A program made the position numbers and the translations under genes. Shown piece after piece: positions 33,515 to 46,073 of a stretch of 64,000 bases of DNA. Source of the DNA: Corallochytrium limacisporum Hawaii (lineage: Eukaryota; Protista; Pluriformea); the NCBI GenBank assembly GCA_002811645.1, contig PDIP01000045.1:25981-89980 (forward strand), written 5' to 3'. The notes below the pieces were generated by a model. It had not been told where the DNA came from. It saw only the letters and a list, made by a program, of their open reading frames with translations, and did no database searches. Numbering within the stretch: the stretch's first letter is position 1; each line of letters opens with the position of its first letter.

Positions 33515-36500
33515 TCCTTACCCGACAAGGTGTTTCTACTGCAAATGACGACATTGCCAGTCCATTCAACTTGCACTTTCTCGCTATCTTGCCAGGAGAC
33601 CATCACAATAGCAGTAACTAACGCCTTCATCAGGCTGTTGATAGATCAATCGACATCCACATCAAGCCCTCCATTCCAATTCCAACTCCCAAAGTAGATG
33701 TAGCTGTGTCCGTCCGTCAAGTCGCTATTCCAGGATACGCGAAACAGTACAGCCTTAAACAGGGTCCGAAGGACATCATTCTCATAAACGAAGGAGGATT
33801 TCCGCGACGTCCAAAAATTGCAAAACGTATGGAGGGTATGCGGTGCACAGCCGTAGTACACAGAACGACGAGACATCATCAACGCGTCGACCGAGAATCA
33901 AGCAGTGCGTATGCAGTCAATTAATGTGTATCATTCTAGCATAACTTGTCCACTAGCAACGCACGTTGTAGTTTGAACGCATTTGGAAACAAGGCCGCGA
34001 GAGTACTTCTCAACCGCTGCGCACGGTACACCATGCTTGCAGTCGTCACGAATAGGACTGGGAAGGACTACAGAAAGGATGAATGGTGATCGGATTGTCC
34101 AAGTCCCAGGAATCTGAAAAGCCCGGCCCGCGTACCACAGGAGGATATGAAGTGTGTCTTCTCTTCTTTTATCAGCTGGATAACGGGCAGGTGACTGCGT
34201 TAAGAAATCATTCAGCCCATCACAGGGTAACTCTGAATCCATGCTACCCGGAAATGTAATCGCATAGCTCTGAGCACAAAGATGCCTTAGTTGACAATTC
34301 CTCAGCCGACATGTAAGGAACACCATCCATGGATCGATAGAATGCGGTTTCAAGTTGTCATACTACACGATGAACATGAGAAAGACCTCCCTGTGCAGAG
34401 AGCGAGCAACCTGGTTGTTTTTGTGTGGATGTCCCCCAGGTGAGACCAAAGGAGAGCTGCGGACGATTGCTGCTAGCGCTGCATGGACACTCACATGCCC
34501 TAAATTGAGGTCGAAACTACGCTATTGGTTTGATAGTACGACAAACTGTATATGGTTGCACATGCATTCTTGGAAAATTGATGTCAAAGGGCGATATACC
34601 CAATGGATGTCTGACATCCCAACCTCTCCGGGACCAGAGAGCCACGTTACCCCTGCCAGAGCAAGCGTACGTACAAGGGGCCGGCCGAATTGCAACATTT
34701 TGGCAGGTGAACGTGCTGTAGGTGGGCAATACAAACAAGTTCCACCGTAATGGGAACGGGACCCCGTGGTCCCGGTCACAGCGGTCCCAACGCTCTATTT
34801 CGCAATACTCGACAGTGAGCACTGTGTGTACAAGATAAAGCTTGCGCCCCATACTAACATAGGTCTAAATATGTAACTGCTGCATCAATCGTTTTGGACA
34901 AGGAACAACGTATAGTCGAAAGTGGGCGGTGCTAGAAATCCTGACTCATCTACAGATCTCCTATCATCCTTCATCGCTTCATCGATCAGGACGCTTTTAG
35001 GTTTTCCCCTGTCGAGATGCTTCCAAACGAATTTCCTATACTGACAGCAATGGACCTAGTGACGTGGATTCCTCAGCCAAGTTGTTAATGTCGTAGTCCA
35101 AAGGTCTTCCCCCTAGGCCTAGTTTCACTCTCACTGATGCAGGCTGCATAGAATCCATAAATTGAAGTAGTAAAGAAATAAGGAAGTGACGGAAACTTTT
35201 TGCTACCGAAGACCATAAGTATGGTGTGCTTGGAGCAGCTCGAGGTACGACTCCTAGTGTCGGTACGCGTCCTCCCAAACGTGGCGAGAACAGACTTGCA
35301 TCACTTCTCCTCTTTGTGGCTTCTGCGTGGGCTCGTGGATGGATGGAACTCATGGTAAGTCGCTGCTGAAGAAACTGCAATGTGGTTTGAGTGGGCTCTC
35401 GTGAATGAGGTGCCCACTGTCCCTTCCAGCTGAAGAACCTTCTGTCTGAGACAGCAAACCGATAGGAACTGGCTGGACTTGACATCATCAAAGCAGGCTA
35501 TTGCCTTTTCCCCTTTGCTTTCTACTCACCGACTCAGACAATTCACTGTACTACACGTCATGTGGAAGTGGAAAGTTACAGGAGGGGAAGTGGGGTCTAT
35601 CTGAAGGTTCGTTTGCATGGTGGCTACCTTTAAGAATAGTTTTGCTTGGACATAGTCTACCTATGAAAATCGGGTGCACCGCGTAAACTGAATGGCAAGT
35701 TTTGACGTTGTGCAAGACACTCTGGATTTGAACGCACAATGCTCTCACAATTGTGCACCGCCCTCGAACAGAGAGACTTGCTAGCTATTGATGGCTCTGT
35801 TGCGCGCCCCGTCATCACCAACTGACCCCAGTCTGCCACACCTACTGTGTACCCAAGACCACGAGGATTCCTCGAAAATGTTCGCAGCGGTCAGACACGC
35901 GGCAGCGGAAGCGCTATTGGGGAACAGCTCTCGCAGGTTGCAGGCGCAACTCAACATAAACAATTGGGCGACAGAGGAGGAAGCATTGCTATGTTGGCCA
36001 AGGGAGGCACCATTTTGCAACTACAATCGTGCCGAAAGTGAAGCGTGCCAGTAGCCCGATGGTGGGTAAGCTCGTGTCAGAATGGGTCGAATGAATGGAC
36101 TGCTTTCAAGGGAGGACAGCGATTACCTTTTGGGTTCTAGTGTCCCATGTGTGTGCTGGAAGCGGAGCACCACAGAGGTATTCATTTAAAGGCCGCAGTA
36201 ATAGTGCTTTGTCCACTCCGAATTGTTCGCCCCTCTTTTGTAACCCAGTGGGGTTTTAACATAATGTCATCATTCCTTCAAATAATACTTTCTTTCGCAC
36301 GAGCACCATTCTTGGGTTCCCTTATCAAAGCCTTGTCACGTTCCAACAAAGGAAATTGAATTGATGTGTTTTGCAACACGAATTAACCAAGTTACACGGA
36401 TCAATAATATGACGCAAACCATTCCAACGTAATAAGGTTATCAGTTATATTGGTGGGCCCTGCACAGCGTCTAAGCTAGTCCGGTCTGACAGGTGGGTGG

Positions 36501-36713
36501 TCCAAAAGCCGGTGGCATGAACCTGATGCTTATTTACGAGCACCTTTGGTACATAAACTGTGTTAAATCCGCCCAGATCAAACAGGATATCTCACTATTG
36601 TTCCCGAATACCATTGCACTTTAGTTTTAAATATGTAGGAAGTGATGTACGTTTCATTTCGCGACAGTACTTCTGTTCACATGCATATGTGTGAAAATTG
36701 GTAGAACAGAATT

Positions 36714-38513
36714 ATGGCCCGCGGACCGAGCAGTCTTGATGAGGGCACGAGGCTGCTTAAAGCCTTGACAGGTCTTATAAGTCGATCAGCACAATTGAGC
36801 TCACAGACTGGGAGTCGACGGGTTGAGCTCTTCATTCAATTTACACAGAATGATCTTGCACGCCGTTTCGCACAGCAAGGGTCACAATCAAGAGCCCCAG
36901 ACCAGAACCAGGCTGAAAATGTAGCACAGCACTCTGATGCAGTCAGTGACAAGATGCTGCAAACACGCTCTGCGACACCATACAAAACAAGGACTGATCA
37001 GGCTCGCGGAGATGAGCAACCGCAGCAAGCATCGTCGACTCAGTCAACCGGCCGGCAGGGCTCCAGAGGTGATGAACAGGTTTTAGATGTTGCAGCTAGG
37101 GAAGTTGCTGTGCCCAGTGGACGGCTGAGTCGGGCGTGGGGCTTTGCAAAGCTGGGAGCTCAAATTATGCGTGATCGCTTGTCAGGGACTCTGTTTACAG
37201 TATCGTCATCGGGGCCGGACAGCCAGACGGGTGCAGATTCAGGTACAGTGGAAACGCAGGCCGCTGAAGACGGCAAGGCAGTGTCTCCGCAAACGCAAAA
37301 CCTGAGTCCGGAGAGCATGACCTCAATCGTATCAACACTATGTAGAATGCGTGGCGCGGCTTTAAAAATTGGACAAATGCTTAGTATTCAAGACGAAGCC
37401 ATCATAAGTCCTGAACTGGCCCGAGTCATGGAGCGTGTAAGGCATTCAGCAGACTACATGCCACCGGCTCAGATGCTACAAATGATCGTTTCACAGCTTG
37501 GGGACGAATGGGAATCCCATTTTGCGAACTTCAATACCAGACCCCTGGCAGCCGCGTCAATAGGGCAGGTTCATCGGGGCGAGCTCCTAGACGGGACAGC
37601 GGTGGCGATGAAAGTGCAGTATCCAGGTGTCGCCGAATCAATCCACAGTGACATCAACAATCTGATGAGCCTCATGCGTCTCAGTGGTTTGCTTCCGAAG
37701 GGTATGTATCTCGAGAACACAATCAAGGCTGCTAAGACAGAGTTATCCTATGAGACTGACTATCGCAACGAGGCGCAGAGCATGCAGACCTATGGTCACT
37801 TGATCAAACGCGATGGTGTTCAGGGCTTTCAGGTACCAGAAGTGATCTCAGCACTGTCTGCGGCGAAGGTGTTCACGACGAGTTACGCTCGTGGAGTGCC
37901 CTTGGATCGCCTGGAGAAGCTTGATCAGACAACCAGGAACTGCATTGCGGAGCGCATGCTCCGCTTGACCATGTACGAAATCTTTGTTTGGCGCTACATG
38001 CAGACCGATCCCAACTGGTCGAATTTTCTGTACGAAAGGGACTCTGGAAACCTCAATCTTCTCGATTTCGGTGCTACGCACTCCTATGGAGAGGAATTCA
38101 TCTCGACATATTATGACATTATCGATGCCGCGGTCAAACAGAACCCTGAGAAGATCCTTGACGCCTCCGTGCACATTGGGTTCCTGAACGGCCTCGAAAA
38201 TGACATTATGAAGGGAGCGCACAGGGATGCCATTCTCATTCTCGGTGAACCATTCCGCACCAGCGGCAAATACGACTTCGGTACCCAGGATATCTCAAAG
38301 CGTGTCGCTGGTCTCATCCCTTTGATGCTGAAACATCGCCTCCAGCCGCCGCCCATTGAGATCTACTCTATGCATCGTAAGCTTGCTGGTACATTCCTGA
38401 CATGCACGAAGCTCCGCGGCCAGGTTGACTGCAGTACCATCTTTGAAGAGATATCTACAAAGCTGAACCAACCACCCCAGCTGCAAATTGCGCAGGCTGT
38501 TCCGCTATCCTAA
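36714..38513 (+). CDS. COQ8: Atypical kinase COQ8 (ABC1/ADCK3-4)
   Basis: LCRMRGAALKIGQMLSIQD (KxGQ motif), AAASIGQVH, VAMKVQYPGV, MQTDPNWSNF, LLDFGA. Confidence 0.96.
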   Translation: MARGPSSLDEGTRLLKALTGLISRSAQLSSQTGSRRVELFIQFTQNDLARRFAQQGSQSRAPDQNQAENVAQHSDAVSDKMLQTRSATPYKTRTDQARGDEQPQQASSTQSTGRQGSRGDEQVLDVAAREVAVPSGRLSRAWGFAKLGAQIMRDRLSGTLFTVSSSGPDSQTGADSGTVETQAAEDGKAVSPQTQNLSPESMTSIVSTLCRMRGAALKIGQMLSIQDEAIISPELARVMERVRHSADYMPPAQMLQMIVSQLGDEWESHFANFNTRPLAAASIGQVHRGELLDGTAVAMKVQYPGVAESIHSDINNLMSLMRLSGLLPKGMYLENTIKAAKTELSYETDYRNEAQSMQTYGHLIKRDGVQGFQVPEVISALSAAKVFTTSYARGVPLDRLEKLDQTTRNCIAERMLRLTMYEIFVWRYMQTDPNWSNFLYERDSGNLNLLDFGATHSYGEEFISTYYDIIDAAVKQNPEKILDASVHIGFLNGLENDIMKGAHRDAILILGEPFRTSGKYDFGTQDISKRVAGLIPLMLKHRLQPPPIEIYSMHRKLAGTFLTCTKLRGQVDCSTIFEEISTKLNQPPQLQIAQAVPLS

Positions 38514-40709
38514 GTGGACACACCGCGATGCGCACACATCCATCAGATTAAAGAACTGTATGATTGCCACCCGTACGTATGTGCAGCCTAGCGTACATCA
38601 AGAATGCGGGAACGACGAAGGAGTTAGCACCCGGTAATGAGAGGCGACATTAAACCTTCCTATTGATCCAGTCTGGTAATTGTCCCCTAAGGCTCCCTTT
38701 CGGGCTTGGCCGCCTCCCGCCGAAAGATGAGTTTCTCTGCAACGAACGGGGTAAGCGCGGAGGTTCCCTCCTTCTCTCCCCACGCACCAAACGCGTGTGA
38801 ACTTACCCTGAGCGGGAACGTTCTTGACCCCAGTGGGGTTTCATTATCATAGGGGCACCGGCCGGTTCTCTGTTCAGTAGAGGTATCATATCCATGCAGT
38901 TTCAGATCTTTTGAGATCTTTCGAGTGTGAGAATTCCCCACGTTCGTTGGGCGGGGAGATGTCACTGGTAGGAATCTCTTAGAAGTTGACAACACAATCG
39001 CTCCTCTCTTCTCTTGATTTTGAAATTTTTGATGGTCATCCGAGTCGCATCACCATTAATGTAATGTGGTGAACGCTGTGGTGCAGGTGCCCTTCATCAC
39101 TACGAAAAGCCCAGAGAGATTAGCGCGACCGATACAATACCTGTACGTACGTATAAGGACTACAATTAGCTTTCGGCATAGCAGAGCGGTGTTGTTTCGC
39201 GTCGTTGATAGTGTATTCCCTTCCATGTTGGCATGTTCTAAACCCTTTACACGCAACATACGGGTCCACCAGTGTTCGCAGGCGCCGGTCAACCCTCAGC
39301 ACTGCTCATGGGCGCATCTAAGGCACACATTGTGCAACATCCTGACGCACAATGCACAGTGTGCCACCTCTCTTTCCAATACATTAAATATTCAAAATGT
39401 CGGCGTGATATAGTGGCGAGGTATCCGTTCACTAATGACCCGCCGCAAGTCACGAGCTTCGGCCGGTGTCGACCCAAGTGGCAGTGTGCGCTTGGGAGCG
39501 CATATGGGTCCCCAACGGTCCAAAGGTTTCCCTTTTGGTCCCGGCTTTAGTCGTAGAACTGTGGGAGAGGCGGATTCGTACCCACGTAACCCCTTTCCTT
39601 CCGCAGCGCAAAACTGCGCAAACTGAAGGACCCTCTCTTCCGGTGGTTTTTTGTTTTTTTTTGTGTTTTGGGTTGCCTTTCGGCCCGGGAGGGTGGCGGG
39701 TGTTCGCGGTTGTGTGCGGTGGTGGGTGATTGAAACTTGGTTTCGGCCTCAGAGCACCAGCCGGTGGTGAGAGAGGAGCCGAGAGCGGGAACGGCAGAGA
39801 CAGGCAGACATACAGGGCGATCCGGAGAGGAAGGGAAGAAAATTTTATGCCCCGCTTTCCCGGTAGAAAAATGGTAGGGCGGGCTCGCGGAAAGCCAGGG
39901 GTCGAACCCGGAAAAAAAATTAACAGAAAAGCTACCAATTTTCTGGTGCATAGTACTGGTAAGATTTTTTGCCACGGGTTTTGTCGAGTTTCTCCCTTTT
40001 TTTTGGGGTGCCTTTGCCAGCAAGCCCAGGGACAAAACAAATGAGAGAGGGGGGAGGGGGGGATTTGAAATGGGCCAGACGGCACGGGGAGTGCACAGCA
40101 ACAGTTTTTCTTCCCCTTTGCCTTCGTCTCTCCCTCGGTACCGGTACTCACTTTCGGCGGTGGGGTAAGTGTTCCTGCCAGAGGGGGGGGGCAGTGACAC
40201 AAGGAACAGCTCGATATAGTGGAACTGCGAGTGTATTCTGTTGAAACCGCTCTTGGGTCGTCAGATGCACAACGTAAGAGAAGGGGGGGGGGGCCTTTGG
40301 TACCGCTGGCCGGAGTGCCTTGGGTCAGACAGGCAACGTAAGAAGGCGCCCCTGTGCGACTCTCGCAATGTGCAGGTCCCGGTGGCTTGGGTACATGTGC
40401 TTCTGTGGTGGTTCTGTAGCTTTTGAGCCTCTGCACCAGGCCACAGTCCATCCATTGACTTTCGAAGCATACATGGCCCGATGATACAGGTCCCCTTGAT
40501 GTGTACGGCCCACTCTGTTCCTTGCTTGGGGTTGATGGTAGAGGCGGTGGTGCGGGTGGTCGAATCAGTGGTGCGCACGCCATCAGCATTAAGGTAGTTC
40601 AGAGATATGGTGCTGGTATGAAGTAGTGGTTCGATAGAAGGCAATAAGTTTCACGACAACAGTCCACCCAGGGGAAGGTGACCATAAACCTCATCTAGAC
40701 GACCATACG

Positions 40710-42782
40710 ATGAGACTTGAGAACACAGAAGGAAGCATGACGGTGGGTAAACGTGACCGCAAATTGACTGAGGAGACTGAGAACAACCCTAAGCTCTGGT
40801 CTCCCAAGGATGTTGAGAATACCGAGATCTACCGCTTCATCCAGTTTGTGGAGAAGAAATATGATCTAGCCATCGGTCAAGACTATGAAAAGCTTCGTCA
40901 GTGGAGTGTCACTAAGATTGATGACTTCTGGAGTGCCGTCTGGGAGTTCACTGGCATTGTTTCCAGCAAGCCCTACGAGCGCGTGATCGATACCAGTGTC
41001 AAGATGGATGATATCCCTGTCTGGTTCGAGGGTGCTCGGTTGAACTACGCCGAGAATCTGCTGGCCAAGTGGACCGATGATAGTGAAGTCGCAATGTTCG
41101 AGACTGGTGAGGGCATCAGCACCAAGAAGATCACTGCTGGTACCTTAAGGGAGCGCGTGGCGCTGCTTGCGAGTGCGTTGCGCAAGATGGGTGTGAAGGA
41201 GAATGACCGCATTGGAGCATACATCCCAAACTGCGGCGCCGCCGTAGAGATCGTTCTGGCCACTGCTGCTATCGGTGCCACATGGAGTGCCACTTCTCCC
41301 GATTTTGGCATCGGTGGTGTCTTTGATCGCTTCAAGAGCCTCGAGCCCAAGCTGTTGTTCAGCTGCAATGCTGTGCGTTACAATGGTAGGGTTCACGATC
41401 ATACTGCCAAGCTCCGTGGAGTGGTGGACAAGCTGCCCACTCTGGAGAAGACAGTTGTCATTCAGTTCGTGACTGAGGGTGCTCCCCACACCGGAATGGA
41501 GGCTGAGGGACAGGAGGGCCACATCCCCAATGCCATCACGTACGAAGAACTCCTCGAGAGTGGTCGAGACCAGGACGGTGCTGTGCCTCCTCTTGAGTTC
41601 GCCCAGCTGCCATTCAACCACCCTCTGTTCATCTGCTTCAGCAGCGGTACCACGGGAACGCCGAAGTGTATGGTTCACTCGGCTGGTGGTACCTTGATCA
41701 AGCATCTCGAAGAGCACCAAATCCAAGGGAATATGAATAAGGGTGATATTCTATTCCAGTACACCACTGCTGGGTGGATGATGCATCCTTGGTTGATTAG
41801 TGCGCTCGCTGTCCATGCCGCTATCGTTACTTACGATGGTAGCCCCATGGTGCCCAGCAAGGACCGCATGTTCGATATCATCGACGAGATTGGCGTGACA
41901 GCGTTCGGCACCTCTGCTGTGTTCCTCGACCTCTGCAATCAGGCCGGCCTGAAGCCGCGGGAAACTCATAAGCTGACTACTCTGAAGGCTATCACTTCCA
42001 CGGGCTCTCCCCTTAAGCCTGACACATACGACTATGTGTACCGCGATGTGAAGTCCGATGTGCTGCTGGCCAGCATTTCCGGTGGCACTGACATTATTGC
42101 CTGCTTCATGGGCATAAACTGGATGGTGCCAGTCTACCGCGGTGAAGTCCAAACCCGCCATCTGGGTATGGCAGTCGAGTGCTGGGTGGATGGTAAGGAT
42201 ACCCCAGATGTGGCTGGCGAATTGGTGTGCGTGAAGCCATTCCCTTCCATGCCTGTGCATTTCCTCAATGACGACGGGGATGTCCGCTACCGTAAGGCAT
42301 ACTTTGAGGTTTTCGACAACGTTTGGGCCCATGGTGATTTTTTGATTATCCACAGCCACTCCGGTGGTCTGAGCATGTTAGGGCGTTCCGATGGTGTCCT
42401 GAACCCCCAGGGTGTGCGCTTCGGTAGCGCCGAGATCTACAATGTTGTAGAGACCATCCCACAGGTGGAAGACAGCCTGTGCGTGGGCCAGATGAAAGAT
42501 GGTGCTGAGCGAGTCATTCTTTTCTTGAAGATGAAAAAGGACCAGGAGTTCGGTGACGAAATTGTTACTAAGGTCAAGAAGGCCATCCGTGCTTCCTGTA
42601 GCCCCCGTCACGTGCCCTCCTTCATTCTACCAATTGAGGACATTCCCTACACCATCAACGGCAAGAAGGTCGAAGTTCAGGTGAAGCATATCCTTAGTGG
42701 CATTAGTGTCGCCAAGAGTGAAAGTCTGCGCAACCCTGATGCCCTTGACCAGTTCAAGAACATTCCTGAGCTCGCCGCTTGA
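40710..42782 (+). CDS. AACS: Acetoacetyl-CoA synthetase
   Basis: WFEGARLNYAENLL, FSSGTTGTPKCMVHSAGG, SISGGTDI, GRSDGVLNPQGVRFGSAEIY, NGKKVEV. Confidence 0.96.
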   Translation: MRLENTEGSMTVGKRDRKLTEETENNPKLWSPKDVENTEIYRFIQFVEKKYDLAIGQDYEKLRQWSVTKIDDFWSAVWEFTGIVSSKPYERVIDTSVKMDDIPVWFEGARLNYAENLLAKWTDDSEVAMFETGEGISTKKITAGTLRERVALLASALRKMGVKENDRIGAYIPNCGAAVEIVLATAAIGATWSATSPDFGIGGVFDRFKSLEPKLLFSCNAVRYNGRVHDHTAKLRGVVDKLPTLEKTVVIQFVTEGAPHTGMEAEGQEGHIPNAITYEELLESGRDQDGAVPPLEFAQLPFNHPLFICFSSGTTGTPKCMVHSAGGTLIKHLEEHQIQGNMNKGDILFQYTTAGWMMHPWLISALAVHAAIVTYDGSPMVPSKDRMFDIIDEIGVTAFGTSAVFLDLCNQAGLKPRETHKLTTLKAITSTGSPLKPDTYDYVYRDVKSDVLLASISGGTDIIACFMGINWMVPVYRGEVQTRHLGMAVECWVDGKDTPDVAGELVCVKPFPSMPVHFLNDDGDVRYRKAYFEVFDNVWAHGDFLIIHSHSGGLSMLGRSDGVLNPQGVRFGSAEIYNVVETIPQVEDSLCVGQMKDGAERVILFLKMKKDQEFGDEIVTKVKKAIRASCSPRHVPSFILPIEDIPYTINGKKVEVQVKHILSGISVAKSESLRNPDALDQFKNIPELAA

Positions 42783-42911
42783 GAAACACAAGCAACCATT
42801 TACAGCAGCATCCAAAGGGATGACACATACAGCATTAAAGGAATTCTCGAGTAAAGTACTATACAAAAGTAGGGGATCTTGTTTTCTATTTCTTATATCA
42901 TTTACCGCACA

Positions 42912-45900
42912 TCACCCGTCCGCGGCTTCAATCCAGACCTTCACCATGTTTGCGACACGCGAAGAGAAGTCCATCCGTTGGCGTGCTTGTTCTAGTGCTT
43001 GATCACAAGCGATGCGGATTCGGGGAGTCTCGTCGCCGTGTTCTTTGCAGAACACTTCACCGTCGTCATAATCCACTGGTCTATTCATCCTCCCAATTGT
43101 GGATTTGATCATAGCCGGTTCGGCGTTGCTGTGAAGGTCCACAAGACTGCCCCAGTGTTCTCTAGTGAATTGCCAGAGCAGATCCTGAGCGCTGGAGTTG
43201 AGTCCCATCACCTGCCATACGAAGAAAATGTCCTGATGCCGAATCGCGCTGTCTTTTTTCAACACTTCGTCCAAAACTGATTTCAAAACGTTGGCTGCCT
43301 TACTGGAACACAAGGCCCGCAAACAACGTCGCTTCACGCCCGGTACATTCGTGTTTTGGTACACATTCCAGACGTACTTATATGCTGCCTGTCCATCACT
43401 GCTCAAACCCGCCATGTAGGTGAAAGTGCGCAGGTATGGCTCGACAGCAGACTCGTTTGTGGTGAGGTTCTGGTACATGTCACCGCCGGTGGCAATCAGC
43501 TCAGGATCACCGGACAATACTGCTTGCTCCATGGCGTAGGCCTGAGCCTCGTACAACCATTCTTCCGCACCTTCGAGATCTCCATGCTCAGTCCGCAACT
43601 TGTGATGCGCACCATAGGCAGTGTTTGCCTTCCGCGTTTCAATCTGAGGATACTCCGGAAATAGATCAACCAGGTCGTTCCAGATCTTGAAAGCGGTCCT
43701 CAAAACGACGAGATCTGTGTTGTCCTTGAGTACCTCGAGTAAATCCAGTACAGGTGCTATGGTACCAAAGTTAAAGAGTGCAAGTTGGTATGCGTCATCC
43801 AGAAATCCAGCCAATTCCTGAGGGTGGAACACCGTGGGGTGCTCCTTCACTGTCTTAATAAGCTGCTGCCACCCGTCGTCACTGTAGCTCACCCGGTAGA
43901 ATCCGGACCGGTTAACATTACAGAAACACGTACCCGAGGCATTGTCGCTGGTATACATCTTTGTCCTTTCTGAAAATAAGGTCCGCATCATGCTTTTGCG
44001 CGTGCCATCAGCCCCGATGGTGTCACATTCCACAGGAACGTGCCAGATACCATCATGCTGTTCGCGTCCACCATCAACTTGGCCATCTTGGCGAACAAAC
44101 TTCCTCTGCGTCAATGTGATACCATTTGCTTCGTACTGGACATTCACCAGAGGATACCCCGGTCGGTGAATCCAATCGTTCATGGTCTCATTTACTGTGA
44201 TACTACTGAAGAATGAAGACTCGCCCCCTGACAATTGACTATCAAGCGCATCCCACAAATCGTCAGCAACAGTGTTCTGATAGGAATGCTTCTCAAGATA
44301 TACATTGAGTCCAGATCTGAAAGCATCTGTGCCCATTGCATTCTCCAGCATGCGAATCAAGCTTGATCCCTTGTCATATGTGATACCGTCAAATCGGGCC
44401 TCAATTTCCTCCAAAGATTGAATGTCTCCCGAAATGGCGTGGGTGTAATTGTACGAGTCCAGATTCATGGCACGAAATTGATCCAAGACAGGCAGTCCCT
44501 CTGCTCGTCCTGGCATGGCAACGTCAGCACCTACATGCTCCAGGTAAGCTGCAAATCCTTCGTTCAGCCAAAGATCGTTCCACCACGCCATGGTCACAAG
44601 ATTTCCGAACCACTGGTGAGCGAGCTCGTGAGCTACAACCTCCGCAACATATCGCTTCTCCTTTTGAGTCGATGTCTGTTCGTCGTACAAGAGATCGTAC
44701 TCCCTGAATGTGATCAGACCCCAATTTTCCATCGCCCCCGCATTAAAGTCTGGAATAGCAACCAGGTCCTGCTTTTTCAGCGGGAATGGCGTGTTGTAGT
44801 AATTCGAATAATGATCCATAACCTTAACAGTGACATCACGGGCCCAGAGAGTTTGGTCCACCTGATCAGGCTGGGACCACACCTTCACTTCGACGTTGTC
44901 GACTGTGGTGTTGGTGGCGCCCTTAGTCTCGAATTTCGAAACAATGAAGGCAATGAGATACGTCGACATCCGTGGTGTTTTGAAGAATTTTGTTGCTTTC
45001 TTCGGCAAATTTGGGTCGTTTTCGGTGTTTCCATTTGCTGCAACATCTTTCTCAGTGTCAACTTTGCTGTTCGACAAAACGTGGTACTCAGGGGGGTGGA
45101 TGATGTCAATCTCAAATTCTGCCTTCTTACTAGGCTCATCCAAACACGGGAAAGCTTCACGTGCAGAAGTGCTCTCAAACTGAGTTGTTGCTAAGCGTTC
45201 CCCTTCCCCATAAGTCGATGCATAGAAACCCAACATATCGTCGCGCAGCTTGGCGTCGAAATCGACTTCTACTTGACAAGCACCCGCACGCATCGTTTCA
45301 TCTAAAATGATCACAAGGAAGTCATGCTCTTCGTACACTATGAAGTCCTTGATTTTCATTTTAGTTTGTGCGTGCTCTTCTTCTCTCATTGCAGTAACCG
45401 TGACATTTGTGATTGTCTGATCCTTACTATGCATGATCAAGTAGTCCATTGGGGGTTCAGTGTCATCATTTTCGGAATTATACAATGTTACACTCATGTG
45501 ACCCCTGTAGGTCAGTGTATCCATATCAACATTGAGAACGATAGAGTACTCTGTGGGGATCGGATACTGTGGCAAACGCCCATCGCTTTTCTCCCACGGC
45601 TTTCCCTTTGCGACGCTCTTTCCCGGTTCCAGGATTCCCTCCACCGTTTCTCCTTCACCTGCTGGTGTTGTCTCAGAAGGTTCTGGTGTGGTTGTAGGCA
45701 TACCTGTACTGGTTGGTGTTTCATTGGAAGAGGAAGAAGACATTGAAGGAACAAGTGACGACGAATTGAAGTTCTCTGGATCCGTGCCACTACCCAGGCC
45801 GGTTGACACCATGGCAATCACAATAATAAATGCTACGACTACAATCCCACCAGCCGCTAAAGCAAACACTTTGTTTCGTGACTGACCACCAAGGCAACGG

Positions 45901-46073
45901 TCGTAGAGGCCCTTTACTCCGGACTCTGACTCATTTGCAAATCCCATGTCTTCCATTGTTTCGTTCATAAACAGATCTTCTTCCTCTTCATCAGCGCCCT
46001 CTACCAAGCGATCAAAACCTCGACCGTCCCCATTTGCATGGGGCATCCGGCCCATCGAAAAGGCCTCTGGCAT
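42912..46073 (-). CDS. Type II membrane-anchored M1 aminopeptidase (APN/ENPEP/LNPEP-like)
   Basis: GAMENWG, HELAHQW-x-E zinc motif, YDKG, and an N-terminal signal-anchor with a Ser/Thr stalk. Confidence 0.95.
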   Translation of the reverse strand: MPEAFSMGRMPHANGDGRGFDRLVEGADEEEEDLFMNETMEDMGFANESESGVKGLYDRCLGGQSRNKVFALAAGGIVVVAFIIVIAMVSTGLGSGTDPENFNSSSLVPSMSSSSSNETPTSTGMPTTTPEPSETTPAGEGETVEGILEPGKSVAKGKPWEKSDGRLPQYPIPTEYSIVLNVDMDTLTYRGHMSVTLYNSENDDTEPPMDYLIMHSKDQTITNVTVTAMREEEHAQTKMKIKDFIVYEEHDFLVIILDETMRAGACQVEVDFDAKLRDDMLGFYASTYGEGERLATTQFESTSAREAFPCLDEPSKKAEFEIDIIHPPEYHVLSNSKVDTEKDVAANGNTENDPNLPKKATKFFKTPRMSTYLIAFIVSKFETKGATNTTVDNVEVKVWSQPDQVDQTLWARDVTVKVMDHYSNYYNTPFPLKKQDLVAIPDFNAGAMENWGLITFREYDLLYDEQTSTQKEKRYVAEVVAHELAHQWFGNLVTMAWWNDLWLNEGFAAYLEHVGADVAMPGRAEGLPVLDQFRAMNLDSYNYTHAISGDIQSLEEIEARFDGITYDKGSSLIRMLENAMGTDAFRSGLNVYLEKHSYQNTVADDLWDALDSQLSGGESSFFSSITVNETMNDWIHRPGYPLVNVQYEANGITLTQRKFVRQDGQVDGGREQHDGIWHVPVECDTIGADGTRKSMMRTLFSERTKMYTSDNASGTCFCNVNRSGFYRVSYSDDGWQQLIKTVKEHPTVFHPQELAGFLDDAYQLALFNFGTIAPVLDLLEVLKDNTDLVVLRTAFKIWNDLVDLFPEYPQIETRKANTAYGAHHKLRTEHGDLEGAEEWLYEAQAYAMEQAVLSGDPELIATGGDMYQNLTTNESAVEPYLRTFTYMAGLSSDGQAAYKYVWNVYQNTNVPGVKRRCLRALCSSKAANVLKSVLDEVLKKDSAIRHQDIFFVWQVMGLNSSAQDLLWQFTREHWGSLVDLHSNAEPAMIKSTIGRMNRPVDYDDGEVFCKEHGDETPRIRIACDQALEQARQRMDFSSRVANMVKVWIEAADG

